From: Octopus sinensis
Taxonomy: Eukaryota
Length of the DNA stretch: 64,000 nucleotides
Assembly (NCBI RefSeq): GCF_006345805.1
Contig: NC_043002.1
Coordinates: 92,690,001-92,754,000, forward strand
Direction: 5' to 3'
Part shown: positions 24,202 to 36,560 of the stretch, in pieces
Layout: each line of letters opens with the position of its first letter
How positions within the stretch are numbered: the stretch's first letter is position 1
The notes under the pieces: model-generated
Databases searched by the model: none
What the model saw: only the letters and a program-made list of their open reading frames with translations
Told to the model about the DNA's origin: nothing
Program-made: the position numbers and the translations under genes

Positions 24202-24645
24202 ACGAACAACAATATCCACGATCGTTGCTATTTCAACCACCAACACCACTAACAACAACAACAACAACTACAACAATACAGTGACAAGGACAGTGTCTTT
24301 AACCCCCCCTCATCCCCGGTTCATACTCTGTTTAACGCTAACTATTTTAAACCGTCAGCTGATTACACTTATCTGACCTCGCCACAGCAACGAAACTTAC
24401 TATCTTTACAGTGTCATGTCATATCACTCAGCTGAACCTCTTACTCCCAATCAAGTAGGCCAGTCAGTCAGTCAGTCGTACATATGAGACGATCACTGGC
24501 CTCAGCAGGAACTTTCTTAAACTGGCTCTTTTCTTCTTCTTCCACGCTTTTTTTGTGTCTAAATAAGGCAGGGAGCGAGGCTTGTTTTGTGTGAGAGTGA
24601 AAGTGTGTGGTGTATGATAGATAGATAAATTCTTTTTTTTTTTTC

Positions 24646-24987
24646 TTTTTACTTGTTTCAGTCATTTGACTGCGGCCATGCTGGAGCACCGCCTTTAGTC
24701 GAGCAAATCGACCCCGGGACTTATTCTTTTGCAAGCCCAGTACTTATTCTATCGGTCTCTTTTGCCGAAACGCTAAGTGACGGGGACGTAAACACACCAG
24801 CATCGGTTGTCAAGCAATGCTAGGGAGACAAACACATACATATATAGATACATATATACGACAGGCTTCTTTCAGTTTCCGTCTACCAAATCCACTCACA
24901 AGGCATTGGTCGGCCCAAGGTGCCACGCAGTGGGACTGAACCCGGAACCATGTGGTTGGTTAGCAAGCTACTTACCACACAGCCACA
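24646..24987 (-). mobile_element. SINE-B with internal deletion
   Basis: Tail and head match 13760-14170; GGTCGGCCC|AAGGTGCC joined through GCCC microhomology. Confidence 0.88.
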
Positions 24988-25394
24988 GATATGTTTCTTT
25001 ATTAGCCACACAGGGCTGCACACAGACGGGACAGACAAATTGACAGATAGATAGATAGATATAAAAGAAAGGAATGGTGGAGTTGGGGTGTCGTGTGATA
25101 CCTACCTGTGTGTAGAACTTAGCCTAAGACGTGCTGCCAGCGTTTGCACGCTTGTCAATTCTGCTCTCCCTCTCTACTCTCCACGACCCCTAATGAACGA
25201 ACCTGAGTAAAGGCACGAGGGAGCTGAACAACAAGCCCTTTTACCTTTTCATTGATATCCACCTGCTGCCGATATTATTATCATTTTGTGTGTGTGGGGG
25301 TGGAACTATGATCTTTCCTTTTATTTTGAATGTTTGGGGGCTATTTTTGCGTGTATGCAGTCTGTGTTTGTGTGTGTCGATTGGTATTCATACA

Positions 25395-25694
25395 TATTTC
25401 TTTACTACCCACAAGGGGCTAAACATAGAGGGGACAAACAATGACAGACATAGGTATTAAGTCGATTACATCGACCCCAGTGCGTAACTGGTACTTAATT
25501 TATCGACCCCGAAAGGATGAAAGGCAAAGTCGACCTCGGCGGACCCCAGTGCGTAACTGGTACTTAATTTATCGATCCCGAAAGGATGAAAGGCAAAGTC
25601 GACCTCGGCGGAATTTGAACTCACAACGTAACGCAGACGAAATACCGCTAAGCATTTCGCCCGGCGCGCTAACGTGTCTGCCAGCTCGCCGCCT
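25395..25694 (-). mobile_element. SINE-A with internal ~68 bp tandem duplication
   Basis: ACCCCAGTGCGTAACTGG...GACCTCGGCGG occurs twice. Confidence 0.9.
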
Positions 25695-25797
25695 ACCAGC
25701 TTTGATATACATACAAATAGATATGAATGCGCGTGTGTGTATGTGCGTAAAGACATGGCTTTATAAGGATATACGGTGTTGGAAACGTGGCCGTAAG

Positions 25798-26114
25798 TTG
25801 TAGCTTTCCTAACTTCGTACGCCGGGCAACGGCATTATGTTCTTGAGAAATGCATTTCACGTTTTGCTTTGCAGGAAGGGCTCTTTTAACTAAGTCGCGT
25901 CTTGTCCCTACATTCGAACGCGGAGTAGATAAAACAGGGGACAACTAAGGGAATGTTCTTTATGTTGCCTGTCTCGTTTCTCATTCTGTTCCCTTTTCTT
26001 TTTTTTTTTTGACGTCCTGTACCCATATATGCATGTATGTGTATATATGCATATATATATGTATATATGCATATATATATATGTGTATATATGCATATAT
26101 ATATGTATATATGC

Positions 26115-26157
<43 letters not shown>

Positions 26158-27294
26158 TATATAGGCGCAGAAGTGGCTCTGTTGGTAAGTAGCTTGCTTA
26201 CCAACCACATGGTTCCGGGTTCTCATCCCAATGCGTGTCACCTTGGGCAGGTGTCTTCAACTATAACTTCGGGTCGACCAATGCCTTGTGAGTAGAATTG
26301 GTAGACAGAAACTGGAAGAAGCCTGTCGTGTATATATATGTGTGTGTGTGCCTGCCTGTTCGTCCCCACTACCACCACCACCATCGCTTGACAACCAATG
26401 TTGGTGTGTTTACGTCGCTGTAGCTTAGCGGTTCAGCAAAAGAAACCGATAGAATAAGTTCTAGGCTTACGAAGAATAAATCCAGGGTCGATTTGTTCGA
26501 CTAAAGGTTGCGCTCCAGCATGGCCGCAGACAAATGACAAACAAAAGAATGTTTGTGTGTATGTGTCTGTGTGTGTGTGTGTGTTTGTGCATGCGTGGCT
26601 GTGTGGTAAGAAGCTTGTTTCCCAACATCATGGATCTGGGTTCAATTCCACCGCATGGCACCTTGGGCCGACCAGTGACTTGCGAGTGGATTTAAATGAT
26701 GAAAAAAAAACAAGAAAAAAACAGGAAAGAAAAAATATCTTCGTCTCACTCATTTATATAATCTAAACTGCAGACGGATTGCACTGACATTGTTGCTGCT
26801 ACGAGCAATACCTGACAGTTTGTAGATTAATGCATAAAAATCAACGCCAAATATTATGACAATGTGCCTCCTATAACAAATACAATGCCAGAACAAAGAT
26901 TAAGCTTTAATGTTCAATGTTGGAGAAAGCAAGGTTGAGGTGATACATAGCCTTTTGTTATGGTAACCTCCTCATGACAAATACTTGGGATGGTTTCACT
27001 TTATCTATTTATCAATGAAATGTTACAAAATATTGGGTCAAAGCTGGAAAAACCTGCCTACTGTTCAGAGCGATGATGTACAGTGGCGATCTTTTTATTT
27101 ATTCATTTTTTCTTGTAGCTTTCTTAACTTCGTACGCCGGCATTATGTTCTTGAGAAATGCATTTCACGTTTTGCTTTGCAAGAAGGGCTCTTTTAACTA
27201 AGTCGCGTCTTGTCCCTACATTCGAACGCGGAGTAGATAAAACAGGGGACAACTTATGAAGGGAATGTTCTTTATGTTGCCTGTCTCGTTTCTC
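25798..27294 (+). repeat. ~185 bp direct repeat pair (25798-25982 and 27113-27294)
   Basis: TTGTAGCTTTC-TAACTTCGTACGCCGG...GGGAATGTTCTTTATGTTGCCTGTCTCGTTTCTC nearly identical in both copies. Confidence 0.85.
26163..26548 (+). mobile_element. SINE-B
   Basis: AGGCGCAGAAGTGGCTCTGTTGGTAAG head to CTCCAGCATGGCCGCAG tail. Confidence 0.85.
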
Positions 27295-27404
27295 TGTTTC
27301 TCTGTATCAGTGGGAACTGATACTCTCACAGACAATAACTTGATCAAGAATAACTAACGACATTTGGAAGACGGAAACCGAAAGAAGCCCGCCATGTGTC
27401 ATCA

Positions 27405-27776
27405 TGGAGCACTCTGTCGGTTACGATGACGAGGGTCCCAGCTGATACGATCAACGGAAACCGCTTGCTCGTGATATTAACGTGCAAGTGAGCAATCCAC
27501 AGGCACGTGTACAATCCACAGGCAATCCACAGGCACTGAGCAATCCACAGGCACGTGTACCCCCTAGCGTAGTTCTCAGGGAGATTCAATGTGACACAGA
27601 GTGTGACAAGGCTGGCCCTTTGAAACACAGGTACTACTCAATTTTGCCAGTTGAGTGGACTGGAGCAACGTAAAATAAAGTGCTTTGCTCAAGGACGACA
27701 ACGCGTCGCCGGGAATGGAACTCATGACCGTACAGTCGTGAGCCGAATGCCCTAACCACTAAGCCACGCGCCTTCA
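27405..27776 (-). mobile_element. SINE-C, full length
   Basis: Head TGAAGGCGCGTGGCTTAGTGGTTAGGGC (rc); CORE-like GTCCTTGAGCAAAGCAC; flanking CCCG(C/T)CATGTG duplication. Confidence 0.85.
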
Positions 27777-28311
27777 CCCGTCATGTGCACACACGCGCGC
27801 GCGCGCGCAAAGTAACTTCCATCGTTCATGGTGGGAGAAAATCAAAATGGTGCGTAGAACAAAATGTTTAAAAACGCTGATCTGGGTTATGGAACGGGTT
27901 AGCAGCTTACCGGGCTACTGTTGGTTCCATCAACGTTTATATTTAACGGTGTCTGTTATTTCTATGGATTAGCGTGGTAGTGGTAGTGGTGGTGGTGTAC
28001 TTGGCGGTATTGTGTTCTGCTGGTGACGGCGCTGGATGTTGTGGTTGTAGTGGTAAAGCGGTGGTATGTGGTGGCTTTTAGTGGTGGTCTTATGGTGGTG
28101 CTGATGCTGGGATGAATGGTGTTGGTTTCTTCGGTGATGCTGATGATGCTTTTGCTGGTATTGGTTGTGTTATTTTTGTTGTTGTTGTCCGTGGTGGTGG
28201 TGGTGGTGGTGGTGTTAGAGGTGTGTAAACATTAAAATAATAGCTGGTGGAGATTAATTGTTGTCAAAATTTTAGCATCATATAAAGCAGCTGTATGTTG
28301 TTTATCGTGCG

Positions 28312-28312
28312 T

Positions 28313-28347
<35 letters not shown>

Positions 28348-28588
28348 GGTAATGGTAGTAGTAGTAGTAGTAGTAATGGTAGTAGTAGTAGTAGTAATGG
28401 TAGTAGTAGTAGTAGTAGTAATGGTAGTAGTAGTAGTAATGGTAATGGTAGTAGTAGTAGTAATGGTAGTAGTAGTAGTAGTAGTAGTAATGGTAGTAGT
28501 AGTAGTAATAGTAATGGTAGTAGTAGTAGTAGTAGTAGTAATGGTAGTAGTAGTAGTAATGGTAGTAGTAGTAGTAGTAGTAGTAATG

Positions 28589-28621
<33 letters not shown>

Positions 28622-28664
28622 ATGGTAGTAGTAGTAGTAGTAGTAATGGTAGTAGTAGTAGTAG
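28312..28664. repeat. (GTA)n interrupted by ATG
   Basis: Direct reading; explains the poly-Val and poly-Leu ORFs. Confidence 0.95.
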
Positions 28665-28944
28665 TTTGTGCATATATGCGCGCGCGTGTGTATGTATCAG
28701 ATGATAGGAGGAGGAGGCCGAGATGGAATTGTTGTTGAACAGACTAGCTTACTGGGCCTAGTGCCAAGGTTAGCTCTAAAAACAAGTAAACTAACATATC
28801 CGACACACACATATACACCTCGCTGGTTTGCTATTTTGTTTAAATATCCTTTATACACCCTGCTCTAGTTGAATATACTATCTACGATCTGCTTCTGTTA
28901 AATGTGTTTCATACACCCTACTTACTTAAATTTGCTACTAATAT

Positions 28945-29398
28945 TGATTTCGAATTTTGGCACGAGGCCAGTAGGTTTGGAGGAGTTGGTAAGGCGATTA
29001 CATCAACCCCAGTGCTCTACTGGTACTTAATTTATCGACTCCACGAAAGGATAAAAAGCAAAGTCGACCGCAGCGGAATTTTAAATCGGAACGTAAAGTC
29101 GGACGAAATGCCGCTAAGCATTATGACCGGCTTGCTAACGATTCTGCCAGCTCGCCACCTTTCGTAATATTAATAATATTGCTTTCAAATTTTGGCACAA
29201 GGCCAGCAATTTCTTGAGAGAGGATTAAGTCGATTACATCAACCTCAGTGCTCAAATGGTACTTATTTTATCGACCCCCAAAACGATGAAAGGCAAAGTC
29301 GACCGCAGCAGAATTTTAAGTCAGAAAGTAAAGACAGACAAAATGGCGCAGGCACTCTGCTCGGCGTGCTAACGATTCTGCTAACTCGCCGCCGCCTT
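28945..29398 (-). mobile_element. Two adjacent older SINE-A copies
   Basis: Two GGCACAAGGCCAG-type tails, cores and CTCGCCGCC heads. Confidence 0.75.
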
Positions 29399-31117
29399 AA
29401 ATATACTACTAATATTACCTTGCTTTACTATACCTTATTGACATCATACTTTAGTTAAAACATCCTATATTTAGTTGTGTCTGGGGAGAGTCATTTTCTT
29501 TTTGTGCCTTATAATTTAACACACTCACCGGTAAAATTTCCACTTATTTCTTATTTTTATTTTCCTAAAATTTTTGTTGCGTCTTGCAACCTTTTCAATA
29601 GTTTTGACTCTGTCCGTTATTTACACTGCGTTCCTTTTTGTTTGTTTGTACGCATGTGTGTGGGTCAGTGTGTGTGCCTATGTATGCATGCATGCATGTA
29701 CGTATGTATGTGTGTATGTATGAATCCAAAAACGAAATCCTTTATTTCCATCCTGCATTTATCTAAAAGTATACCAGGTACACCCTTCGGTTTATATAAT
29801 ATTTTCACCTTGCTTTTGTTTTTAAAAAAACCCTGCATATAGCTTGTTTTAGTTTAATATATGCTGTTTACTCTACGGGCTTCTGTTTTTATCAATTCAC
29901 CCAGGAGTCGGGGCAGTTTTTTAACCAATTACCCTAAAATATATTTATTTACGCCGACGTTACCCCTTTGATTTGAAAGGAAGAAAGTCATAGTTTCTAT
30001 AAACCTTTCGAACTCAAAGAATCTATTTTATTGAATCTATTTACACGTCCCTTACATTGGACAGATGCAGTGTTGCCAGAAAAGTTTTTGTAACAAGGAA
30101 CAGGTTTTTTATGTAATTTTACTTATGACTAATGAGTCCTCATTACCCCAAAGAATTTTAATTTTACCCCACTTGGGGTAATTTACTCCGGTTCGCCGAC
30201 CCTGAATTACCCAAAGGAAGAAGAGTCTCACCCATCCATAGACTTCTGTTGAGTCTCTGAGACTTGTAAGCAAGAAGAAAGGCCTCGCCTGAATCCTTCC
30301 ACTAAATCACCCAGGGTTTTGATGTAGTTTAAGGCTAAACTCTCTTCTCCGCCTCCTCTTCCTCCCTTTCCCCTTCCCTTTCTTCTTCCCACCTCTCTCG
30401 GAAGCCCTGAAAAGTCCTTAAATGAATAAATAATAAATAAAATAGTAATGACGCAGAGAAAGGGTGGGGAGAGGGGGAGATATACAGTATGTTGGCCAGT
30501 GAATAACGAGGTTTATTTACGGTTTATGAGCGGATTATAGGATTTCATATTGATTTTCTGCTTGTAAAGTATTATACATCCACACGCATACACTATAAAC
30601 ATATGTATAAACACGTACTTAATACACACACACGCACGCACTTTATATACCCACCTTATCAATCTGAGGAGAGAATTGAATATTTTCTTTTCATAATGAT
30701 ACGTACTGTTATATATGACACCCTTAACTTACAGCAAAATCTCTTTCTATAACCAGTGCATGTTTGTTTCATTTGGCGACCTTGACGCTTCTAGTTGTGT
30801 GTTGTTCGTAGTTAGGGGTAGTGATGGGGGGTGTGATACTGTTTTCGTAATATGTGTTCAGCGATTGTCTTATTTGTTGAAGGAGACAAGACTGGTGTAT
30901 GACCCCATTTTAAGAGTTTTCGAGGTCTCTGTCCAAGTCGTGAAAACAAGAAATGGAGAGGGGGGAAAAAATAAGTCATGCTCTTTTAGAGGATGTGTGT
31001 GTGTCTAGAGAAAAGATTCTCTTCATGTGGAGAACATTATTCGGTTTAGACATATGAACTGAAGCTATGATACCCATGACCCTTTGACAGTATTTAAAAT
31101 TTTGGCAAGTGGAACAA

Positions 31118-31160
<43 letters not shown>

Positions 31161-31749
31161 ATTGTCTGTTTCGCGTAAGTGCCACTCACGAAACACTCGG
31201 ACTTTCAATTACGTGTTTAGCTTCTTAGCTAAATAATTATACACTTCGCTTTCGTATTTGGTTTGCTACAATCTTGATGTGAATTCGTGTGTTGAAAGAA
31301 GTCTTGAGAGGGTCATAACGCCAATAATAATAATAATAATAAACACGCACTGGTATGTGCATTTATTATTATTGGTGCAACAACTTCCCAAGACACAACA
31401 AGAATTATTTAAATACACACATACATAGATACATATATATTATATTATATATGTGTGTGTGTGTGTGTGTGGTGTATACACGTATAATTATATAAATGGT
31501 CGTTGTTATATGCAACACATTTGCTGAAATGCGCGTACGTTGTACAAAGTATAAAATACCATTTGTGCCTTCTGCATTTTATTAATACAATAAATGTGCG
31601 TGCGTGCGTGCGTGTGTGTGTGATGAATATGCTTGAGGTATTTCTCAACATATGAAACTATTAATAGCACTTAGACATATATTGCGTCCTTTAAATAATA
31701 TTCATCTCTCACCAGATGGTTGATATTTCTATCGTGGAACACTGCATCT

Positions 31750-31780
<31 letters not shown>

Positions 31781-31905
31781 TGTATTTCATGACATGGAAT
31801 CACTGGAATGTGATACCATTAATCTTCAGGAACTACCAAAATCTCTACGAATATTAACGAGTTGTAAAATATGAAGTAGCAGCTCGATGGTATAGTTCTC
31901 AAATG

Positions 31906-32139
31906 AAGGCGGCGACCTGGCAGAATCGTTAGCCCGCCGGGCGAAATGCGTAGCCGTATTTCGTCTGCCGTTACGTTCTGAGTTCAAATTCCGCCGAGGT
32001 CGACTTTGCCTTTCATCCTTTCGGGGTCGATAAATTAAGTACCAGTTACGCACTGGGGTCGATATAATCGACTTAATCCGTTTGTCTGTCCTTGTTTGCC
32101 TTCTCTGTGTTTAGCCCCTTGTGGGTAGTAAAGAAATAG
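31906..32139 (+). mobile_element. SINE-A, full length
   Basis: Consensus match; TSD GTAT(AG/GT)TTCTCAAAT. Confidence 0.92.
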
Positions 32140-33296
32140 GTATGTTTCTCAAATCTTCAGATACATTTGAATTCGTTTCTATTGCGGTGCAGCTCAGAAC
32201 TGAAACTGTGTGGTCTTCATGTGAGTGAGAGAGTGAATGAATGACAATGTGTGTGTGTGTACACAATAGAATGATCACCAAACGATGCCCAGCAATAATT
32301 ATTCTCAAGATACTTGTAAAAACTGAATTATTTGAAATGTCTGGATGTTATAAATGTTATAATGTTAAAAATAACTTCAGATCGTCTGCATCTTCCATTT
32401 TAAGATATCCAATTCATTGTAGACAGTTTGACTGCAACCTCTATGAAGACTCATAAAACCACGTACAATAATCGTATGCTGACTAACAAAGACTCAACTG
32501 AATCAATCTTGTATAAACTTGTATAATAATTATACTCTAATATAGAAGTTCTCTGTACCTAATGCGTATCTGTTCATCTCTATTGCTTTTTCTGTGTCTC
32601 TGTCTATTTTTTTCTTTCTGCTTGCTTGTCCTCTCTTTTGTCTACTTGCTTTTCTTCTTTTCTTTTTCTCTTTGTCTTTCTCGCTTTTTTTCTTTCTTTC
32701 CTCCTTTCTTTCTTTCTTTTTTTTTTTTGCTATGGTTTCCTGTCTCTTTCTGTCTGCCTGTCTATCATTCTCCTGTCTGTATCGTCTGCCTGCTGGTATA
32801 TGTCCCTGTATCATTTACTACAAAATATGAACAAATCTTTATATTTAAGTGACACAGTTACTGGGGAAAAACTAAAATTAAATTGGCAATGAAATGATTA
32901 AAAACAAGACCAAAAGAAGAAAGCTCCAAAATAAAAAAAAAACATAATCAACGTTTGAAATTCTTCGATATTAATATAGGTGTAGGCATGGATGTGTGGT
33001 TAAGAAGTTCGCTTCGCAGCCACGTTCTTTTGGGTTCGATCCCTACTGTACAGCTCATTTGTCAAATGCCTTCCATGCCTTCTACTACAACCCGAGATTG
33101 GATTGATGAAATATAACTGTTGGTCAAGTATTGAGGACCTCATCACTTACATTATTTGTGGCGATGTACGTGTCACAGAAAGGATAGTTAGTTGGTTGGA
33201 TTGAATGTTTTCGGTTTATAGATACACCCATCTAGCTCGTGAGTTCAAATTTCATTTGTGGCATCTTATTTTTGTAGGGTAAAAAAAAACGCATCA

Positions 33297-33744
33297 GGAT
33301 CTTTTCGGTTTGAACGGCAGTTTTTTCTAGCGGTGTCATATGAAGTTGTCACCCATAATTATGACCCTAGTATCGATCTATTGCATTTCAATCTCTTTTA
33401 GGGGAAGGGTATCTTTTTTTTTCTTCACAAATGTAAATAAACCCAATCTGTTTCTTAAACGAGGGACATATTCATACGGCACAGAATGTTTTTTTCACCT
33501 CAATAGACGGTCATTGATTGGTTGAAATTGCAGAAATTGAAGAAAAAAGACAACAAATATCTTACAAACTATACAATTTTCTGAATAAAGCCAAGAGAAA
33601 AAGATGTTTTATAAACACATTCTACCAGTATACGAAGTTTAAAATTTTTTAGTTACCTAGAAATTATGTTAAAAACTGCTGTTCAAACCGAAAAGATCCA
33701 AATTAAGTACCAGTCAAGTACTTGGGTTCAAACCGAAAAGATCC
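33297..33744. mobile_element. GGATC-ended MITE copy 5 with captured flank and duplicated terminus
   Basis: Inner TIR ends at 33699; 33700-33730 equals rc of 471-501; second terminus ends at 33744; TSD ACGCATCA / GCGCATCA flanks the outer ends. Confidence 0.9.
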
Positions 33745-33759
33745 GCGCATCATTTTTGC

Positions 33760-33881
33760 TAGCTGTGTAGACTGGAGCAACTTGAAATAAAAAGTGTCTT
33801 GATCAAAGACACAACGCGTACCCGCGAATTGAACTTACAACCTTGCAATCGTGAGCCGAATACCCTAACCACGCGCCTTCA
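33760..33881 (-). mobile_element. SINE-C head fragment
   Basis: GACTGGAGCAAC...AAGTGTCTTGATCAA...CCTAACCACGCGCCTTCA. Confidence 0.65.
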
Positions 33882-34266
33882 CAGAAGAAATACTGCTATA
33901 GCATTTGTCTAGACTGGTAACGATTCTGCCAGTTCTACGCCTTCTATATGATACGCAATTTCAAATGAAGGAAACAATAGTACGGTTATGAGACTAGAAT
34001 GCCTTCGGGTGTATTTCTACTGAGTGAAACCTAGCCTAGGGTTAAAGAGCAACAGCTATCTATTAACACTACCACGCTGCCAGAACTCGGATATTTATAT
34101 TCTGTTGTGACACGCGCATTTCTGCCAATAAATAGCGTGAGTTATTTCCTTTAATTGAGGTTATGGCCTTCAAAGTTGGGAGTGGAGCTAGCTACCTTAC
34201 CCTGCCCTGGTAATGTGAGAAGGGGGATAGCTTTCAAGCTTCCTCATCCAGTCTCGTCTTTAAGAA

Positions 34267-34269
<3 letters not shown>

Positions 34270-34302
<33 letters not shown>

Positions 34303-34625
34303 GTGTTTTTCTATGTATATGCGTAATACACAAATATGTACACACACACATATATATAATATATATATAGTGTATGTGTATATATATATATAGTGTGTGT
34401 ATGTGTATATATATATATATATATATAGTGTGTGTGTGTGTATGTGTATATATATATATATAGTGTGTGTGTGTGTATGTGTATATATATATATATAGTG
34501 TGTGTGTATGTGTATATATATAGTGTGTGTGTATGTGTATATATATATAATATATAGTGTGTGTGTATGTGTGTATATATATATATATATAGTGTGTGTG
34601 TGTGTGTTTGTGTGTATGTTTATAT
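34270..34625. repeat. (TA)n/(TG)n compound microsatellite
   Basis: Direct reading. Confidence 0.9.
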
Positions 34626-35146
34626 GTATGTCTGTGAAGACATTTGAGTGCACAACTGTCAAACATCTCAGTTCCAAACATCAGAAAGTCAAATAAATGA
34701 CTTCTTTGTGGACATAAACATAGCGAAGCTGTGAGCTGATTGGATCAGAAGTTTGAATGTTTGGAATCGTTAGCATAGTTTCACTGTTCAGTTGTTTAAA
34801 GTCTTATATGGAAACCAAAACAATTTTGGCTCTTGTTGAACACAAAACTGAGGAGATTCAATATTGGTTTCTGATATAAGCACAAGGTCACAGTTTATTT
34901 ATTTATTTATTCAGATGAGAGGATCTTAATGATATTTGTCATATAATTTGCTTCGTTGATTCTTGATAATCAACGTCGTGTTTATTGGTGACCCAGTGAG
35001 GGGAGCCTCTATGTGGTTGCCCGATCTACTAGAAACAGCAACTAAAACAGACTTCAAATTGCTCTTTTCTGCAAAGAGCAAACTATTGATTTCAATACTG
35101 TAGTACTGCTTTGAACGGTTTAATTGAACAAATCGATCCTAGTAGG

Positions 35147-35450
35147 TTTTTTTTGTTGTTTGTTCCTTCTCGAGCCATGTCTGGCTCATAAGGGCCCGTT
35201 TCTTGGCGTATAGGTTCCCCACCTGGACGGGACGCCGGTCCGTCGCAGGTAAGCTGCAAGATGCAGGAGGAAAGAGTGAGAGAAAGTTGTGGCGAAAGAG
35301 TCAGCAGAAGTTCGCCATTACCTTCTGCCGGAGCCACGTGGAGCTTAGGTGTTTTCGCTCATAAACACGCACAATGCCCGGTCTGAGATTCGAACCCGCG
35401 ATCCCTCGACCGCGAGTCCGCTGCTCCAACTACTAGGCCATGTGCCTCCA
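35147..35450 (-). mobile_element. SINE with D-like head and a third tail type, inserted in an old SINE-B
   Basis: Head TGGAGGCACATGGCCTAGTAG...GGTTCGAATCTCAGACCGGGC (rc); tail CCTGCGACGGACCGGCGTCCCGTCCAGG...GGCTCGAGAAGGAACAAACAAC; flanking ATCCTAGTA duplication. Confidence 0.8.
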
Positions 35451-35790
35451 CAATCCTAGTAAGTGTTCTTTGTTTTAAATATTTTTATTTTTATTTTTTA
35501 AGTCTGGTACTTTTTCTATCTGTTATCTTTTGCCGAACCGCTTAGTTTTAGGGACGTAAACAAACCAGCGCCGGTTGTCGAGAGTTTGTTGGGGACAAAC
35601 ACAGAGAGGAACGCGTGCGCACACACATACACACTCGTATATGACGGAGTTCCTCACAGTTTCCGTCTACCAAATTAACTCACAAAGCAATGGTCACCCC
35701 GAAGCTATAGTAAAAACCCACAACACTTGCCCGGGATTTTTCAATGTTTTTACTGTTTTACTCATCACATCTTGGAAGAGTTATTGCCGT

Positions 35791-36560
35791 GGATCTTTTC
35801 GCTTTGATCGGCAGATTTTTTAAATAATTTCTTTGTAACTAAACACTTTTAAACTTCGTATACTGGTAGGGACAATTTCATACTCTTTACTTGTTTCAGT
35901 CATTTGACTGCGGCCATGCTGGAGCACCGCCTTTAGTCGAGCAAATCGACCCCGGGACTTATTCTTTGTAAGCCCAGTACTTATTCTATCGGTCTCTTTT
36001 GCCGAACCGCTAAGTGACGGGGACGTAAATACACCAGCATCGGCTGTCAAGCAATGCTAGGAGGACAAACACACACACACACACACACACACACCACACA
36101 CACACACACACACCACACACACACACACACCACATACATATATATATATATACATATATACGACAGGCTTCTTTCAGTTTCCGTCTACCAAATCCACTCA
36201 CAAGGCATTGGTCGGCCCGGGGCTATAGCAGAAGACACTTGCCCAAGATGCCACGCATTGGGACTGAACCCGGAACCATGTGGTTGGTTAGCAAGCTACT
36301 TACCACACAGCCACTCCTGACACCAGAAACGATTGTTGTTGACACATTACGGCAGAAATCGAATTCACCTCATTGATTGGTTGAAATTGACGAAATGCAA
36401 GAAATTAAAGACCAAATATCTTACAAACTATAGAATTTTCTCAAGAAATCCAAGAGAAAAAGATGTTTTATAAACACATTCTACTAGTATACGAAGTTTA
36501 AAAGTGTTTAAGTTACAAAGAAATTATTTTTAAAATCTGCCGGTCAAAGCGAAAAGATCC
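35791..36560. mobile_element. GGATC-ended MITE variant (copy 6) with ~78 bp inverted ends, interrupted by SINE-B
   Basis: GGATCTTTTCGCTTTGATCGGCAG / CTGCCGGTCAAAGCGAAAAGATCC; TSD ATTGCCGT / ATTTCCGT. Confidence 0.85.
35881..36318 (-). mobile_element. SINE-B, young copy nested in the MITE
   Basis: Tail-to-head match to 40121-40526. Confidence 0.9.

Noticed and set aside
30236-30345. Possible minus-strand exon (YIKTLGDLVEGFRRGLSS...DG|GTGAG)
   Set aside because: No polypyrimidine tract at the acceptor, no recognisable protein similarity and no supporting neighbouring exons
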